A stretch of 64,000 nt of DNA from Leucoraja ocellata (taxonomy: Eukaryota): assembly GCA_036785375.1 (NCBI GenBank), contig JAWMAR010000010.1:6262001-6326000 (forward strand). Direction: 5' to 3'. Numbering within the stretch: position 1 is the first letter of the stretch; each line of letters begins with the position of its first letter. This document shows positions 10,990 through 24,204 of this stretch, one piece after another. Position numbers and translations under genes: made by a program. The notes under the pieces are model-generated. The model was not told where the DNA came from. It saw only the letters and a list, made by a program, of their open reading frames with translations, and ran no database searches.

Positions 10990-13817
10990 AGAATAAGAGA
11001 CGGGGGTTTTCTTAAATGTGCATATTTTAATGCTAGGAGCATTGTAAGAAAGATGGATGAGCTTAGAGTCTGGATAGACACCTGGAAGTATGATGTTGTG
11101 GCGATCAGTGAAACGTGGTTGCAGGAGGGCTGTGACTGGAAACTAAATATTCCAGGATTTCGTTGCTTCAGGTGTGATAGAATTGGAGGGGCAAGAGGTG
11201 GAGGTGTTGCATTGCTAGTCAGGGAAGATAGTACAGCAGTGCTTTGGCAGGATAGATTGGAGGGCTCATCTAGGGAAGCTATTTGGGTGGAATTGAGAAG
11301 TGGGAAAGGTGTAGCAACACTTATAGGGGTGTATTATAGACCGCCAAACGGGGAACGAGAATTGGAAGAGCAAATATGTAAGGAGATAGCAGAGATTAGT
11401 AGTAAGCACAAGGTAGTGATTGTGGGAGATTTCAACTTTCCACACATAGACTGGGAAACACATTCTGTAAATGGGCTGGATGGGTTGGAGTTTGTAAAAT
11501 GTGTGCAGGATAGTTTTTTGCAGCAATACATAGAGGTACCTACTAGAGGAGGGGCAATGCTGGACCTCCTGTTAGGAAATGAGACTGGACAGGTGGCGGA
11601 GGTATGCGTTGGGGAGCACTTCGGGTCCAGTGATCACAATACCATTAGTTTCAATATAACTATGGAGAGGGTCAGAACTGGACCTAGGGTTGAGATTTTT
11701 GATTGGAGAAAGGCGAACTTTGATGCGATGCGAGATGATTTAAAAGGAGTGAACTGGGACATTTTGTTTTATGGGAAAGATGTAGAAGAGAAATGGAGGA
11801 CATTTAAAGGGGAAATTTTAAGAGTAGAGAATCTTTATGTTCCTGTTCGGTTGAAAGGAAACAGTAAAAATTGGAAAGAGTCCTGGTTTTCAAGGGAAAT
11901 TGGACATTTGTTCGGAAAAAGAGGGAGATCTACAATAATTATAGGCAGCATTAAGTAAATGAGGTGCTTGAGGAGTATAAGGAATGTAAAAAGAATCTTA
12001 AGAAAGAAATTAGAAAAGCTAAAAGAAGATATGAGGTTGCTTTGGCAAGTAAGGTGAAAGTCAATCCAAAGGGGTTCTACAGCTATATTAATAGCAAAAG
12101 GATAAGGAGGGATAAAATTGGTCCATTGGAGAGACAGAGTGGACAGCTATCTGCAGAGCCAAAAGAGATGGGGGAGATATTGAACATTTTTTTTTCTTCG
12201 GTATTCACCAAGGAGAAGGATATTGAATTATGTGAGGTAAGGGAAACTAGTAGAGTAGCTATGGATACTATGAGGTTCAAAGTAAAAGAAGTACTGACAC
12301 TTTTGAAAAATATAAAAGTGGATAAGTCTCCAGGTCCTGACAGGATATTCCCTAGGACATTGAGGGAAGTTAGTGTAGAAATAGCCGGGGCTATGACAGA
12401 AATATTTCAAATGTCATTAGAAACGGGTATAGTCCCCGAGGATTGGCGTACTGCGCATGTTGTTCCATTGTTTAAAAAGGGTTCTAAGAGTAAACCTAGC
12501 AATTATAGACCTGTTAGTTTGACTTCAGTGGTGGGCAAATTAATGGAAAAGATACTTAGAGACAATATATATAAGCATCTAGATAAACAGGGTCTGATTA
12601 GGAACAGTCAACATGGATTTGTGCCTGGAAGGTCATGTTTGACTAATCTTCTTGAATTTTTTGTAGAGGTTACTAGGGAAATTGACGAGGGTAAAGCAGT
12701 GGATGTTGTCTATATGGACTTTAGTAAGGCCTTTGACAAGGTTCCTCATGGAAGGTTGGTTAAGAAGGTTCAACTGTTGGGTATAAATGCAGGAATAGCA
12801 AGATGGATTCAACAGTGGCTGAATGGGATAAGCCAGAGGGTAATGGTGGATGGCTGTTTATCGGGTTGGAGGCAGGTGACTAGTGGGGTGCCTCAGGGAT
12901 CTGTGTTGGGTCCTTTGTTGTTTGTCATGTACATCAATGATCTGGATGAAGGTGTGGTAAATTGGATTAGTAAGTATGCAGATGATACCAAGATAGGGGG
13001 TGTTGTGGATAATGAAGAGGATTTCCAAAGTCTACAGAGTGATTTAGGCCATTTGGAAAAATGGGCTGAAAGATGGCAGATGGAGTTTAATGCTGATAAA
13101 TGTGAGGTGCTACACCTTGGCAGGACAAATCAAAATAGGACGTACATGGTAAATGGTAGGGAATTGAAGAATACAGTTGAACAGAGGGATCTGGGTATAA
13201 CCGTGCATAGTTCCTTGAAGGTGGAATCTCATATAGATAGGGTGGTAAAGAAAGCTTTTGGTATGCTAGCCTTTATAAATCAGAGCATTGAGTATAGAAG
13301 CTGGGATGTAATGTTAAAATTGTACAAGGCATTGGTGAGACCAAATCTGGAGTATGGTGTACAATTTTGGTCGCCAAATTATAGGAAGGATGTCAACAAA
13401 ATAGAGAGAGTACAGAGGAGATTTACTAGAATGTTGCCTGGGTTTCAACAACTAAGTTACAGAGATAGGTTGAATAAGTTAGGTCTTTATTCTTTGGAGC
13501 GCAGAAGGTTAAGGGGGGACCTGATAGAGGTCTTTAAAATGATGAGAGGGATAGACAGAGTTGATGTGGACAAGCTTTTCCCTTTGAGAATAGGGAAGAT
13601 TCAAACAAGAGGACATGACTTCAGAATTAAGGGACAGACGTTTAGGGGTAATATGAGGGGGAACTTCTTTACGCAGAGAGTGGTGGCGGTGTGGAATGAG
13701 CTCCCAGTGGAAGTGGTGGAGGCAGGTTCATTGGTATCATTTAAAAATAAATTGGATAGGCATATGGATGAGAAGGGAATGGAGGGTTATGGTACGAGTG
13801 CAGGCAGGTGGGACTAA
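10990..13817 (+). pseudogene. CR1 ORF2 (endonuclease-RT) with a 1-bp frameshift near 11908 and an in-frame TAA near 11952; start approximate
   Basis: ORFs 10705-11958 and 11964-13817. Copy 2 lacks the frameshift but has the same TAA (51288-51290). Confidence 0.9.
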
Positions 13818-14689
13818 GGGGAACAACATTTGTTCGGCATGGACTTGTAGGGCCGAGATGGCCTGTTTCCGTGCTGTAATTGTTATATGTTATATGGTTA
13901 CTGAGGAGGTTTATAAGCATGATCCCAGGAATTAGTAGATTAACCTATGATGAGCGTTTGTCGGCACTGGGCCTGTACTGCCTGGAGCTTAGAAGAATGA
14001 GGGTGGTGGTGGAGGGAGTCGTTGAGACTTACAGAATAGTGAAAGGCTTGGATAGATTAGAGGTGGAGAGGATTTTGCGCAAGGAGTGTCTAGGATTAGA
14101 AATCATAGCCTCAGAAGTAAAGGACGTTGTTTAAGGAACGAAATGGGGACTTTATGAAACTGGAGCACCCGGAGATAGCCACACGGTCACAAGGGGAACG
14201 ACAATCTCCGTACAGACAGCACCCGAGGCCAGTATCAAACTCAGCATATCTGGTGTTGTCAGGCAATGAATCTACCGCTACGTAGTTGTGTCCAATTCCC
14301 ATCGTCTCATTAATCCAAGAACATTGTTCACTTCTTCAGTTCACCGACCAGCAATGTGTATGAAGGCTGCGTTCAATCAGTAATGGAATTGACTTTGCTG
14401 CAGGCCGAGCTCAGGACGTTCGTCTACTTGTTAGATAACGCCTGGCCAATGCCCTCCTCAATTACCTCCACAGTTCCTGGGTGGTCTCCGATCTGCGCCA
14501 TGTGCTATATTTCCCAGTCGACTGATGTCGGTGAAAGCGAACAAGGCTTGCAAGAAAACAAGTGGTCGAATTTGGACGGCGGAACAGCTCTATTGGGAGC
14601 AAGCATGAACCCAATCGGCCCAATGACATCCTTTGTCGTATTAAGTAGTTCAGAACAGACGTTGCATTTAAGTATAATAATATGATTAT

Positions 14690-15024
14690 TAAGAGTTTAG
14701 ACACGCTAGAGGCAGGAAACACGTTCCCGATGCTTGGGGAGTTCAGAACCAGGGGTCACAGTTTAAAAGTAAGAGGTGGGCCATTTAAAACGGAGGGGAA
14801 GAACAACTTTCTCACACAGAGAGTTGTGAGACTGTGGAGGCTGATTCTCTGGATGCTTTCAAGAGAGAGCTAGTCAGAGTTCTCAAAGGTAGCAGAGTCA
14901 AGGGATATGGGGAGAAGGCAGGAACGGGGTACTGATCGTGGATGATCAGCCATGATGATATTGAATGGCGGTGCTGGCTCGAGGGACCGAATGACCTACT
15001 CTTGCACCTATTGTCTATTGTCTA
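14690..15024 (+). mobile_element. CR1 3' fragment with (CTATTGT)n tail
   Basis: Encodes FPMLGEFRTRGHSLK..FLTQRVV and ends CTATTGTCTATTGTCTAT. Confidence 0.85.
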
Positions 15025-15028
15025 TATC

Positions 15029-15069
15029 AAAATAAAGCAAACCAATAAATGTTAGGTAAGTGGTTTAAT
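15029..15069 (-). promoter_or_regulatory. Putative poly(A) signal ATTAAA and U-rich downstream element of cassette B
   Basis: Minus-strand ATTAAA at 15069-15064, followed by GGTTTGCTTTATTTT. The same arrangement occurs downstream of cassette A (28227-28269). Confidence 0.5.
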
Positions 15070-15136
15070 CACGTTGATATCTTTTCAATCTAAACGAATT
15101 AATTGATTACATGCTTCAGATTAAGAATAGCGCGAC

Positions 15137-15249
15137 TTAAATTCCCTGACACCTTCGTATGACTCGCCGGTGGTTGGCCGATTGGATGTACACGGTGTTC
15201 GAAATTTCGGTCCTCCCAGCCTCCTGCGATCTATCAGTATCGACCATTT
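15137..15249 (-). CDS. Terminal (cytoplasmic) exon of receptor cassette B
   Basis: Acceptor CTGTCCACTGCAG|AAATGG. Spliced to the TM exon (phase 2) it reads R-NGRY* (TGA at 15236-15234). The phase-1 frame reads EMVDTDRSQEAGRTEISNTVY...GI*. Aligns with exon 29183-29244. Confidence 0.65.
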
Positions 15250-15379
15250 CTGCAGTGGACAGAACATGAGTTATTAAAGTGAGTGTGGGTAATGGTACAT
15301 ATACATGACCACAGTTAACCGCCAGCAGAAATATTTGACGGTGGTTTGTCCGGGACTTCAACTGAACGGAGACTCTTCG

Positions 15380-15615
15380 GCCGCACGGTGGCGCAGCGGT
15401 AGAGGTGCTGCCTTGCACTGGTGCCGTCTGTGTGGAGTGTGTACCGCGTGTTTTTTTCTTCCGGGAGCTCCCTTCTCCTCCCGCACTCGCAAGACGTGCA
15501 GGTTTATGGGTTAATTTGCTTATTAACTTGCAAATTGCCCCTCGTGTGTCGCGTAGTGGTCTACGCGGACTGGATGGGCCGAAGGTCTGTTTCCTCGCTG
15601 TACCTCTCAGTCTAA
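15380..15615 (+). mobile_element. tRNA-derived SINE (elasmobranch HE1-like), degenerate
   Basis: A-box TGGCGCAGCGG; the 3' end GGGCCGAAGGTCTGTTTCC resembles the CR1 3' end. Confidence 0.7.
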
Positions 15616-16289
15616 AGTCATTATTTACAACAACATTTGGGGTTAACACGCAATCGCATGCGCCTAACCGCAGGCCAAGGGAGTCAAGAGTGTTTTAATG
15701 TCATATGTCCCAAATAGGAGAATAAAATTCTTACTTGCTGCAGCACAACAGAATATGAAAACATACTACATAACGGGAGAAAAAAAGTTCAGTGTGTATA
15801 TATACGCAGAATGGCGAACGACAGGTGGATATTAATCTCTGCAGGTGGAAGGTGTAGCATTTTGTTTCTATTGGTGTCAGTACGACACACACAAGGAATG
15901 GGAACGTCCTGGTTTGCATACAGGGACAGAGGGATCTTCGTTTAGAAATCGAAGGAGCGAAGGAAGGCAGAGTATTGGAGATCAGGGAAGGACTGAGATG
16001 AGAATCTGAGCAGTAATATGGTTGTCAACAATGATCACACAATTAGATTCATTTGAATTATATTAGGTTGCTAATATCTTGGAATGGTCAACCCTACAGA
16101 TTAAACTGGATGTCAGAGAAGGGAGTGGCTATGGAGGTTTAATCATGACCCAAACACATCAGCGAGCTAGACAAAACATGCTGCAATAACTCAATGGGTC
16201 GGGCAGCATGTCTGGGGTAAAAATGAATAGGTGACGTTTCGGGTCGAGACCTTTCATGACCGAGCTTTTAGCTCTAGGAGCAAGACGAT

Positions 16290-16880
16290 GGGCGTTTTAC
16301 GGCACCGGGCCTGTACTCGCCGGAGTTTAGAAGGCTGATAGTGGACTTCATTAAAACTTACCGAATAGTGAAAGGCTTCGATAGAGTGGATGTTGTGCGG
16401 GTGTTTAGTGGGAGAGTCTAGGGCTAGAGTACATAGCCTTAGAATTAAAGAACGTGCATTTAGGAAGGAGATGAGGTGAAATGTAATTTGTCATAAGCTT
16501 GTGAATCTGTAGAATTCTGCCACAGATGGCTGTGGAGGCCAAGTTAATGGATATTTGTAAGGCAGGAATAGATAGATTGTTGATTAGTTCAAGTTCAAGT
16601 TCAAGTTCACATTTATTGTCACATGCACCAATTATAGTACAGTGATATTTGAATTACCATGCAGCCATACAATTAAAAGGACACATTACACGATAGAACT
16701 TAACATAAACATCCAGGACAGCGATCACTGGAGGAAGGCAATAAGTACGGGTGTTGAGGGTTATGGGGAAATAGCAGGGGGGTGGGGTTAGCAGGGAGAA
16801 ATAGATCAGCATGATTGAATGGCGCAGTAGATTTGATGAGTCAAATGGCCTAATTCTACTCCTGTCACGTGACCTCATGA
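16290..16880 (+). mobile_element. CR1 3' fragment interrupted by a short minus-strand element with an (AGTTCA)n end at about 16585-16740
   Basis: CR1 C-terminal motifs lie on both sides. TTGATTAGT before the insertion continues as TAAGTACGGGTGTTGAGGGTTATGGGG after it. Confidence 0.65.
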
Positions 16881-17229
16881 TTATGCTTTTTCGGTCCCAT
16901 CTGGGGCTGTGATTAGGACTTATCAACGAGTCTCAGTGCAGGTGGAATGGACAGAGCCAGCAGTGTCTTGGGCTTCTACTCCGGTGAGGAACCAGTGATT
17001 TGCCAGGCATATATTGTGTGTTTGCATTTATGAAGGCAATTCAACGTGGAAATATACAAAAGTTACCAACAGCAAAAATAACCTTTTTGAAGAGCATCGC
17101 TGTTATAATGTGGAAAGTGAAGGCGGGAGAATGGGAGGAAAAGATAGATACGCCATGACCGAATGACGGAGATTCGATGAGCCTTATGGCCCAATACTGC
17201 TCCTATCACTCATGAACGAACCACTGCCC

Positions 17230-17505
17230 AACGCACGGTGGCGCAGCGCTGGAGAGTTGCTGCCTCACAACGACCCGTCTGTACGGAGTTTGTACGTTCT
17301 CCCTGTGACCAGCGTGGATTTTCTCAGAGTCCGGTTTCCTCCCACTCTCCAAAATCGTAGAGGGTTGCCGGCTAATTGGCTTGATATAATTGTGAATTAT
17401 CCTTAGCGTATGCAGGACGGTGTTAGTAGTGTGCGAAGATCGCTGGCCGGCTATCACTCAACAGGCCTGTTTCCGCATTGTATTTTAAACGGAACTAAAC
17501 TAAAA
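17230..17505 (+). mobile_element. tRNA-derived SINE (HE1-like)
   Basis: GCACGGTGGCGCAGCG A-box, body GTACGGAGTTTGTACGTTCTCCC and (CTAAA)n tail. Confidence 0.75.
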
Positions 17506-17559
17506 GCACAAACTGGTTCTCTGTTACTTAGAGAGAAAGGAATGCATAATGTTACATAC

Positions 17560-17659
17560 CTGAGTTTGGCACTACAATAAATGAAAGACATCACTAACAG
17601 GGCAAAGGTTTTCAATCCAAGCGGAATACACAAGATCACAATGGGGGCAACCTGTGTGA
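17560..17659 (-). CDS. Transmembrane exon of cassette B, with an intramembrane Lys
   Basis: Acceptor TCTCTCTTCAG| and donor AG|GTATGT; 100 nt, phase 1 to 2; encodes VTQVAPIVILCIPLGLKTFALLVMSFIYCSAKLR. Confidence 0.88.
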
Positions 17660-19882
17660 CTGAAGAGAGAGTGAGATAGGTCAAACAAGACTCTAGCAAA
17701 GAGAGTGAGAAAGTACTAATGGAGGCGGCTCATTTATAAATGTGGTGATAATGTGTCGTTAAACAGCAGAATTATTCTGACAAAAGTGAGGGTAATGCGT
17801 GTGAGTGAAATAATGAGAAAAGGGAGATTAAAAACCACATAGCAATCACGCCGACAGGACTTTAGACGCGATTGTGTAACGTTCCTCCTGTACTGACTTA
17901 ATTGGCAACGGACAATGTGCCATTTCAAACGGCTGCGAACTGAAGTGCTTGAAATGGGTGGTAAATCCGGGCGACGGTTAACATTGTAAATGTGCAGTAT
18001 CATTGGCAATACGCCAGTATTCACAGTAGCACAGTCAACATCACAGTCACTAGTGTATGTATATAGGTGGATGAAGCAGGAACTGCGGAGAGAGTGATAG
18101 AACTAATACTCCAGGTCAGTGAAGGAACTCTACATTTCCAAATCTACTAATTGCTCTTTTTCTGTTTTCAATTAACTCAGTGACTGGCGCTCCACGTCCA
18201 CTGGGGCCGGCTGGTGGTGATGGTGGGGGGTCACACATATCCTACACCTACATATCCCAACACAGGTCTACACACTCGAGCCGAGTGCATCTTCACCGCA
18301 CTCCCTCGACACCATTAATATGTTTATTGTGCAAAACGCAAAGAGATGGAGTAAGGCGGTGGGTGAGGAGGTATCTGTGGAAGCAATGCGCAGGAGATCT
18401 TTTGGTCGGGAGCCCTTCAGAACGATTGCATTGAGGAGATAAAGCGGGAAGAGATTCGGGGCGGGGCAATGCCTGACAAGTGATAGGTGGACCCATGTGG
18501 GGAGTGTGTTAATGATTGATTTCTCAATTTGCGTTAAGAAGAACAAAGCTGCCCTCAGTTCTGCAGGTGGAATCGCACCCTGACCCCATATAATTATACA
18601 GTATTGAGACATTTTTATTGACGTACACAAATAATCTCTTAATACAAATTAACTAGCCAGAGCAGTTGTGGTCTCTTGTACATCGGCCTGTCGGCCTTCA
18701 GTGTAACATACATACAATGCCAGATCGCTCTGATCATCGACGGTGCCCCAACTTCTCATAGTTAACACATACTCTGCTTTTACGCCTTGTTCACCCATTT
18801 GGCATGCGTCACATTTAATCTCATTATTAGTTTAATTTAGTTTAGTTTATTATCACGTGCACCTAGGTGCAGTGAAAAGCTTTTATGGCTGCCGCGTTCC
18901 ATCTGCCGCGTTCCCACCCAACCTTTGGCCTGCCCACACCCACTGAACCTTCTTTACATCATCGTGCCCACCCAGAGTCTCATCTTCTCTTTTGTCATTC
19001 GTCAGATTGCAACTCCGTCATTTGAACATTCAGTCAAAACACTAATACATGTAGGGACTAAATGTGGCCGCTGCATTGCACGCTATGGTATCCAATTGGC
19101 CACAATTGGTCAATCTGCCAGAGATGCGTTTATCCCCAATTTGCTATCTAGTCCGAGAACCAATTTTCAATCACGGGCGCATGGTCCCCTACGTCCGACT
19201 ACTCCGGATTTCAGATTGTTGACCAATCTCCCATGCGGGACTTGACCGAGATCCTTCTGAAAATCCAAACACTCCACATCAATTAGCCTTCTTCAATTCT
19301 ACTCATCACATCTTGCATAAATCCATGCTGAACATAGAAAATAGGAAACTGGAGCACATGAACCGGCCCTTCGGCCCACTGTGTCTGTACCGCATATTAT
19401 GCCAAGCAAAACTAATCTCGTCTGTCTGCACACACGATTCATACCATCCTATTCCCTGTATATCCATGTGCCGATCTAAAAGCCTCTTAAATGTCACCAA
19501 CGTATCTGCTTTCACCACCACCCCTGCCAGCGCGGCCCATGCACCCACCACTCTCCACTTCAACAACTTGCCCCGCACACCTCATAGCCTATTTCGCCTG
19601 CAACCTAAGTCCTCTAGCCTTTGTTTTGTGTTCTGCTATTCCATGCTTCATTATGAGGTTCAGTTTCCAAAGGCTGACCAAAATCTTTCATAGCAATTTG
19701 CCGAGCAGACTACACGTTAGTTTAACAAGTCCAGGTCAATGTAGTTACTGCTGAGTGTGGCTACCGAGATCCCGCCCCCAGGTCCCTGATCTTCAACTTT
19801 ACGAGCCGAGAGGCGGGTTTTCTGTTCCTGCTCCCCTTCCTCCCTCCACCCCCTCGCTGGACACTGCAGAATGGTTTGTTAC

Positions 19883-20263
19883 CGGGTGTGACACGCAGCC
19901 GGACCTCACGCTGGTACTGATGAATAAACGGAGGGTATAAAATAGAAAAATATTTTGCCTCCGGTTTCCTGATCGGCACGAGACACAAGTAGCCATGACT
20001 GTCGTCCACCCTCAGCTGCTTTATCCAGGTTGAGGCGTTTCCGCGCTCTGGGTTGCCGACCAGCTTGAACCGAGTTGCTCCGTTCTCCGCCGCCCAGGAT
20101 CCATCAGCTTGGGGTCTGAACGTGACGATGTGTTGGTAGGGATCCTTCCTCATCCATGTGACCGCGAGAGGGGCGTGCTTGAGCGGAGGCGGTGGGAACA
20201 CACATGATAACGTAGCCGAAGCCCCCTCAGTCCCAGTCACCACTGAGACATTCTCGCCGGAAG
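19883..20263 (-). CDS. Ig V-set exon of cassette B (Siglec-15-like V domain lacking the essential Arg)
   Basis: Acceptor TCCTTCCCTCAG| and donor CCG|GTAACA; 381 nt, phase 1-1; motifs ATLSCVF, VTWMRK, RFKLVGNPERGNAS and DSHGYLC. Confidence 0.9.
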
Positions 20264-20399
20264 CTGAGGGAAGGACAGACACCGGAATGTATCAGCGTTC
20301 TGTGGGTGAATTATCTTCACACTCTAGCAAGTCTCTACCATCTCCATGCACGTTTGTTCGTCTAATTCCAGTTCAGATTTAGGTGCTCTTAGAATAACC

Positions 20400-22500
20400 C
20401 CAACAAAGTCTACACAAGTTACATATAGATTGGGCCAACCAAATTGGTAACAGCGCTGGGGAGGAGCATTTCCTCGAATATAGATTTTTTAGCCAATATG
20501 TAGAAAAAAATGACTAATGGGCAGGCCACTCTAGACTGGGTATTGAGTTGATGAAGGATTAGTTAGCAATCTTGTTGTGCTATGCCCCTTGGGCAACAGT
20601 GACCATGTTATGATGGAATTGTGCATTAAGATGGTGAGCGACACGGTTAATTCACAGACTAGGGACTTGAACTTAAAGAAAGGAGACTTTGGCGGTATGA
20701 AACGGTAGCTGTATGGGATAGTCTGGTAAATGGTACTTATAGAGTGACGCTGGAGTTACAATGGCAAATATTGAAAGATCACATGATGAACTACATTTAT
20801 TCATCCCAGCCTGGCGTAAAAATAAAACGGGGAAGACGGCTCAACCGTGACTAACGTTGCAACAAAAGGATAGCGTTAATTTCAAGGAAGAGGCATATAA
20901 ATTGGCCAGAGGAAGCAGCAAACCGGAGGACTGGGCGAAATTTAGAATTCAACGAAGGAGGTCAAATTGGTTAATTAAGAGGGGGGGGGGGTGATAGAGC
21001 ACGAAAGAACGCTTGCGGGGAATATAAAAACTAACTGTAAAAGCTTCATTACATATGTGAAGAGGAATAGATTAACGAAGGCAAATGTAGATCCCTTACA
21101 ATCAGAGACAGGTGAATTTATAATGGGAAATAACGAAATGGCAGAACAGTTAAACGAGTAGTTTGGTTCTGTCTTCACTAAGGAAGACACAAACAATCTC
21201 CTAGAAATACTAGGGGCAGATGATCTAGTGGGAGGGAGGAAATGAAGAGAATCCATTATTAGTCGCGAAATTGTGTTATGTAAACTGTTGGGACTGAAGG
21301 CAGATAAATCCCCAGGGCCTGATGGTCTGCATTCCAGAGTACTCAAGGAGGTGGCCCTGGAAACAGTGGGTGCATTTGTGATCATTTTCCAATGCTCTCT
21401 CGATTCTGGATCAGTTTCTGTGCACTGGAGGGTAGCCAATGTAACTCCACTTTTTAAGAAAGGAGGGAGAGGAAAAACAGGGAATTATAGACCAGTCAGC
21501 CTTACATTGGTTGTGGGAATGATGCTTGAGTTGATTATTAAAGATGTAATAGCAGCGCATTTGGAAAGTAGTGACAGGATCGGTCAAAGTCAGCATGGAT
21601 TTACGAAGGGGAAATCATGCTTGAAGTGTTTTTTGGATTTATTTGAGGATGTAATACGTATAATAGATAAGGGAGAACCAGTGGATGTGGTGTATCTGGA
21701 ATTTCAAAAAGCCTTTGACAAGGTGCCACACAAGATATTAGTGTGCAAAATTAGAGTACGATGTATCGGAGGACGGGTATTGACATGGATAGAGAACTGG
21801 TTGGCAGACAGGAAGCAAAGAGTAGATATTAAGTGGTCCTTTTCAAAATGGCAGGCAGTGAATAGTAGGTTGCCGCAAGGCTCAGTGCTGGCACTCCAGT
21901 TATTTACAATATATATTAACGATTTAGATGAAGGAAGGTATGTAACATCTCCAGGTTTGCGGATGACACAAAGCTGAGTGGCAGAGTGAGCAGCGAGGAG
22001 GATGCTATGAGACTTGAATATGATGGGTGAGTGGGCAGATGCAGTAAAATGTAGACAAAGGTGAGGTTATCCACTTTGGTAGCAACAACAAGAAGGCAGA
22101 TTATAAACATATAACCATATAACAATTACAGCACGGAAACAGGCCATCTCGGCCCTACAAGTCCGTGCCGAACAACTTTTTTGGTGTCAGATTAGGAAAA
22201 CGCTAGGTGCAACGAGACCTGCGTGTGCTTGTACAGCAGGGAGTGAAGAAAGCTAATGGCACATTGGCCTTCATTGGGAGAGAATTTGACTTTAGGAGCA
22301 AGGAGGTCCTACTGTAGTTGTACAGGGCCCTAGTGAGGCCACACCTGGAGTATTGTGTGCAGTTTTGCTCTCCAAATTTGAGGAAGGACATTCTTGCTAT
22401 TGAAGAAGTGCTGTACAGGTTCACCAGGATAATTCCCGGGATGGCGGTACGGGTATATGAGGAAAGAATGGGTCGATTGGGCTTGTATTCCCTGAAAATT
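20400..22500 (+). mobile_element. Degenerate CR1 ORF2 fragment, with a roughly 75-bp inverted CR1 3' end at about 22105-22180
   Basis: Motifs KSPGPDG, NYRPVSLT, FQKAFDKVPH and PQGSVL. The insert is the reverse complement of about 13830-13895. Confidence 0.88.
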
Positions 22501-24204
22501 AGGTTTTGTATTCCCTGAAAATTAGGTTGTACCTCCGGTCAATAACATCGCGTCTGATCTGCTGTCAAACCTCTCTCCATACCCCCCCCCCTGCTCTCTG
22601 TCAACGTTTGCCCTCTTGCTTATCGTGTCTCACTCTGTTTTATGAATGGCGGTCTCCATACGCATTTTCCTCCAACTTAGCCGTGACCAGATAACCTTCA
22701 CGAACGGCTCGGTGCGTCAAGGGGGCGCCTCACCACCACCTTCGGAAGGACACTTAGGTATGGACAATATCACCACATTCCCCACCCGCCCAACCTCATC
22801 CATTGACATCAATTGATCTATTTTCCGTCTCAATCGCATTCTGTTGCCTTTTACCCATAACCCTGACACCCGTACTAATACATTATCCATCTCTGTCATT
22901 AAAATATCCATTGACGGCATCGACAGTTTTCGGTGGCAACGAATTCCACTGGTTCAGCAACCTCTGACTAAATATATCCCTTCTCATCTCCTTTCTAAAG
23001 GCACGCCCTGCTATTTAGAGGCCACAGCCTCTGGTCCACTAGTGGAAACATCCTCATCCGGAGAGTGCTGCAAAGCAGACAGATCCAGAGGTACAATGAT
23101 ATTGTGGCCTTGGGGTGACAGTTAGTTACTGTAGCGAAGAAGGAGTATGGCACGCTTGCTGTCATTGGGCAGCACTTTCAATATTATAAGTGGGGCTTTA
23201 TGTTACAGCCCTTCAAGGGTTGGACGAACCAAAGGTTTGCGGAGAGGGTGGTCTCTACGGAAAGCGGAAATGGATGGGGATGGGAGAAGGTTGAATTTTG
23301 GCGAGTAAGGCTTTCAACAAAGTACGGGGATGATTAGAACGTGTTTTAAGGAGTCAGATTTCCTTCCATAGATCGGGCAAACAGGTTTGACTGAACTTAA
23401 TCCCCCCTCAAGAAAAATCCCCATGGACGCACAAGTAGAAGTCCGGCATAAAGGAAGACGGCGGGCGTTGAAGATTGGACTTTGCACAATTTCAATCCTC
23501 CAGATGTGTAGATGTGGTCAAAAGTGCAACTCAAGCTGTGCACGATGTTGCATGCAACACTACTGTTTGCATGAACAGATGCTATGCGGAGGATGCGTGT
23601 AGTATGGAAGGAACCTCTTTGGTGGTAGAGTGCGTTCTGCTTTTTTATTTCCCTGTGTTGCCCGGTAACCCCATCCACCTGTGACCCCTCTGCTCCATGT
23701 TCCATTGGGACAACGGGAAATGTTCTTGTACAACATTTGATGGAGGCAGCCATTTTTGGTTGAAGTCCTGTTTCATCACCAGCCACCAGCCAACCATTCA
23801 CACTGAGCCCACATTGATCCCATTCAGTCCAATACAGGCTGTATCTCATTCCCGGGTACCCGTCATCTCTGTTTGTTTCTATTCACCCCGAGGCTGTGAA
23901 CATTGTTTCTGGACTTTGCAGTTTCTGTGAGGAATTGAATCTAAAGAATGAATCAAACGCTGTCAAGCTGCAGTGTGAGCGACAGCACAACTCTGCAAAG
24001 ACAATCCCACAGTCACTTCCTCACCAACAGCTAAATCGGTGATCTCACGCAATGTTCTTTTCTTGGCAGAACAGAGAGCTATTTAGGAATGAAAGGTGCA
24101 GCAGCAAACTTTGCCTCCAGTGGAATCCTACATTGGGCAGCAGTGAAGCCACACAGGGGAATAAGTGGATGCTATTCCTAGTGGCCGACATTGATGTGCG
24201 TGTT

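Larger units (their letters stand above)
9205..13895 (+). mobile_element. Full-length CR1 LINE (ORF1 zinc finger, zipper, SGNH esterase; ORF2 APE-RT), inactivated
   Basis: TSD GGTTACTGAGG at 9194-9204 and 13896-13906; tandem-repeat 5' UTR; (TTATATG)n tail; ORF2 motifs FNARSI, GDFN, SDH and YADD. Confidence 0.95.

Noticed and set aside
11964-13817. Active 617-aa reverse transcriptase gene
   Set aside because: This is only the part of CR1 ORF2 downstream of a premature stop, and ORF1 is also disrupted in both copies.
18180-18270. Plus-strand exon after a strong polypyrimidine tract
   Set aside because: The donor is weak, there are no partner exons or recognisable peptide, and it lies antisense within the cassette B intron.
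23380-24200. ORFs of 70-150 aa open in both duplicate copies
   Set aside because: No recognisable domain. Conservation is explained by recent duplication; probably an old repeat fragment that I cannot classify.
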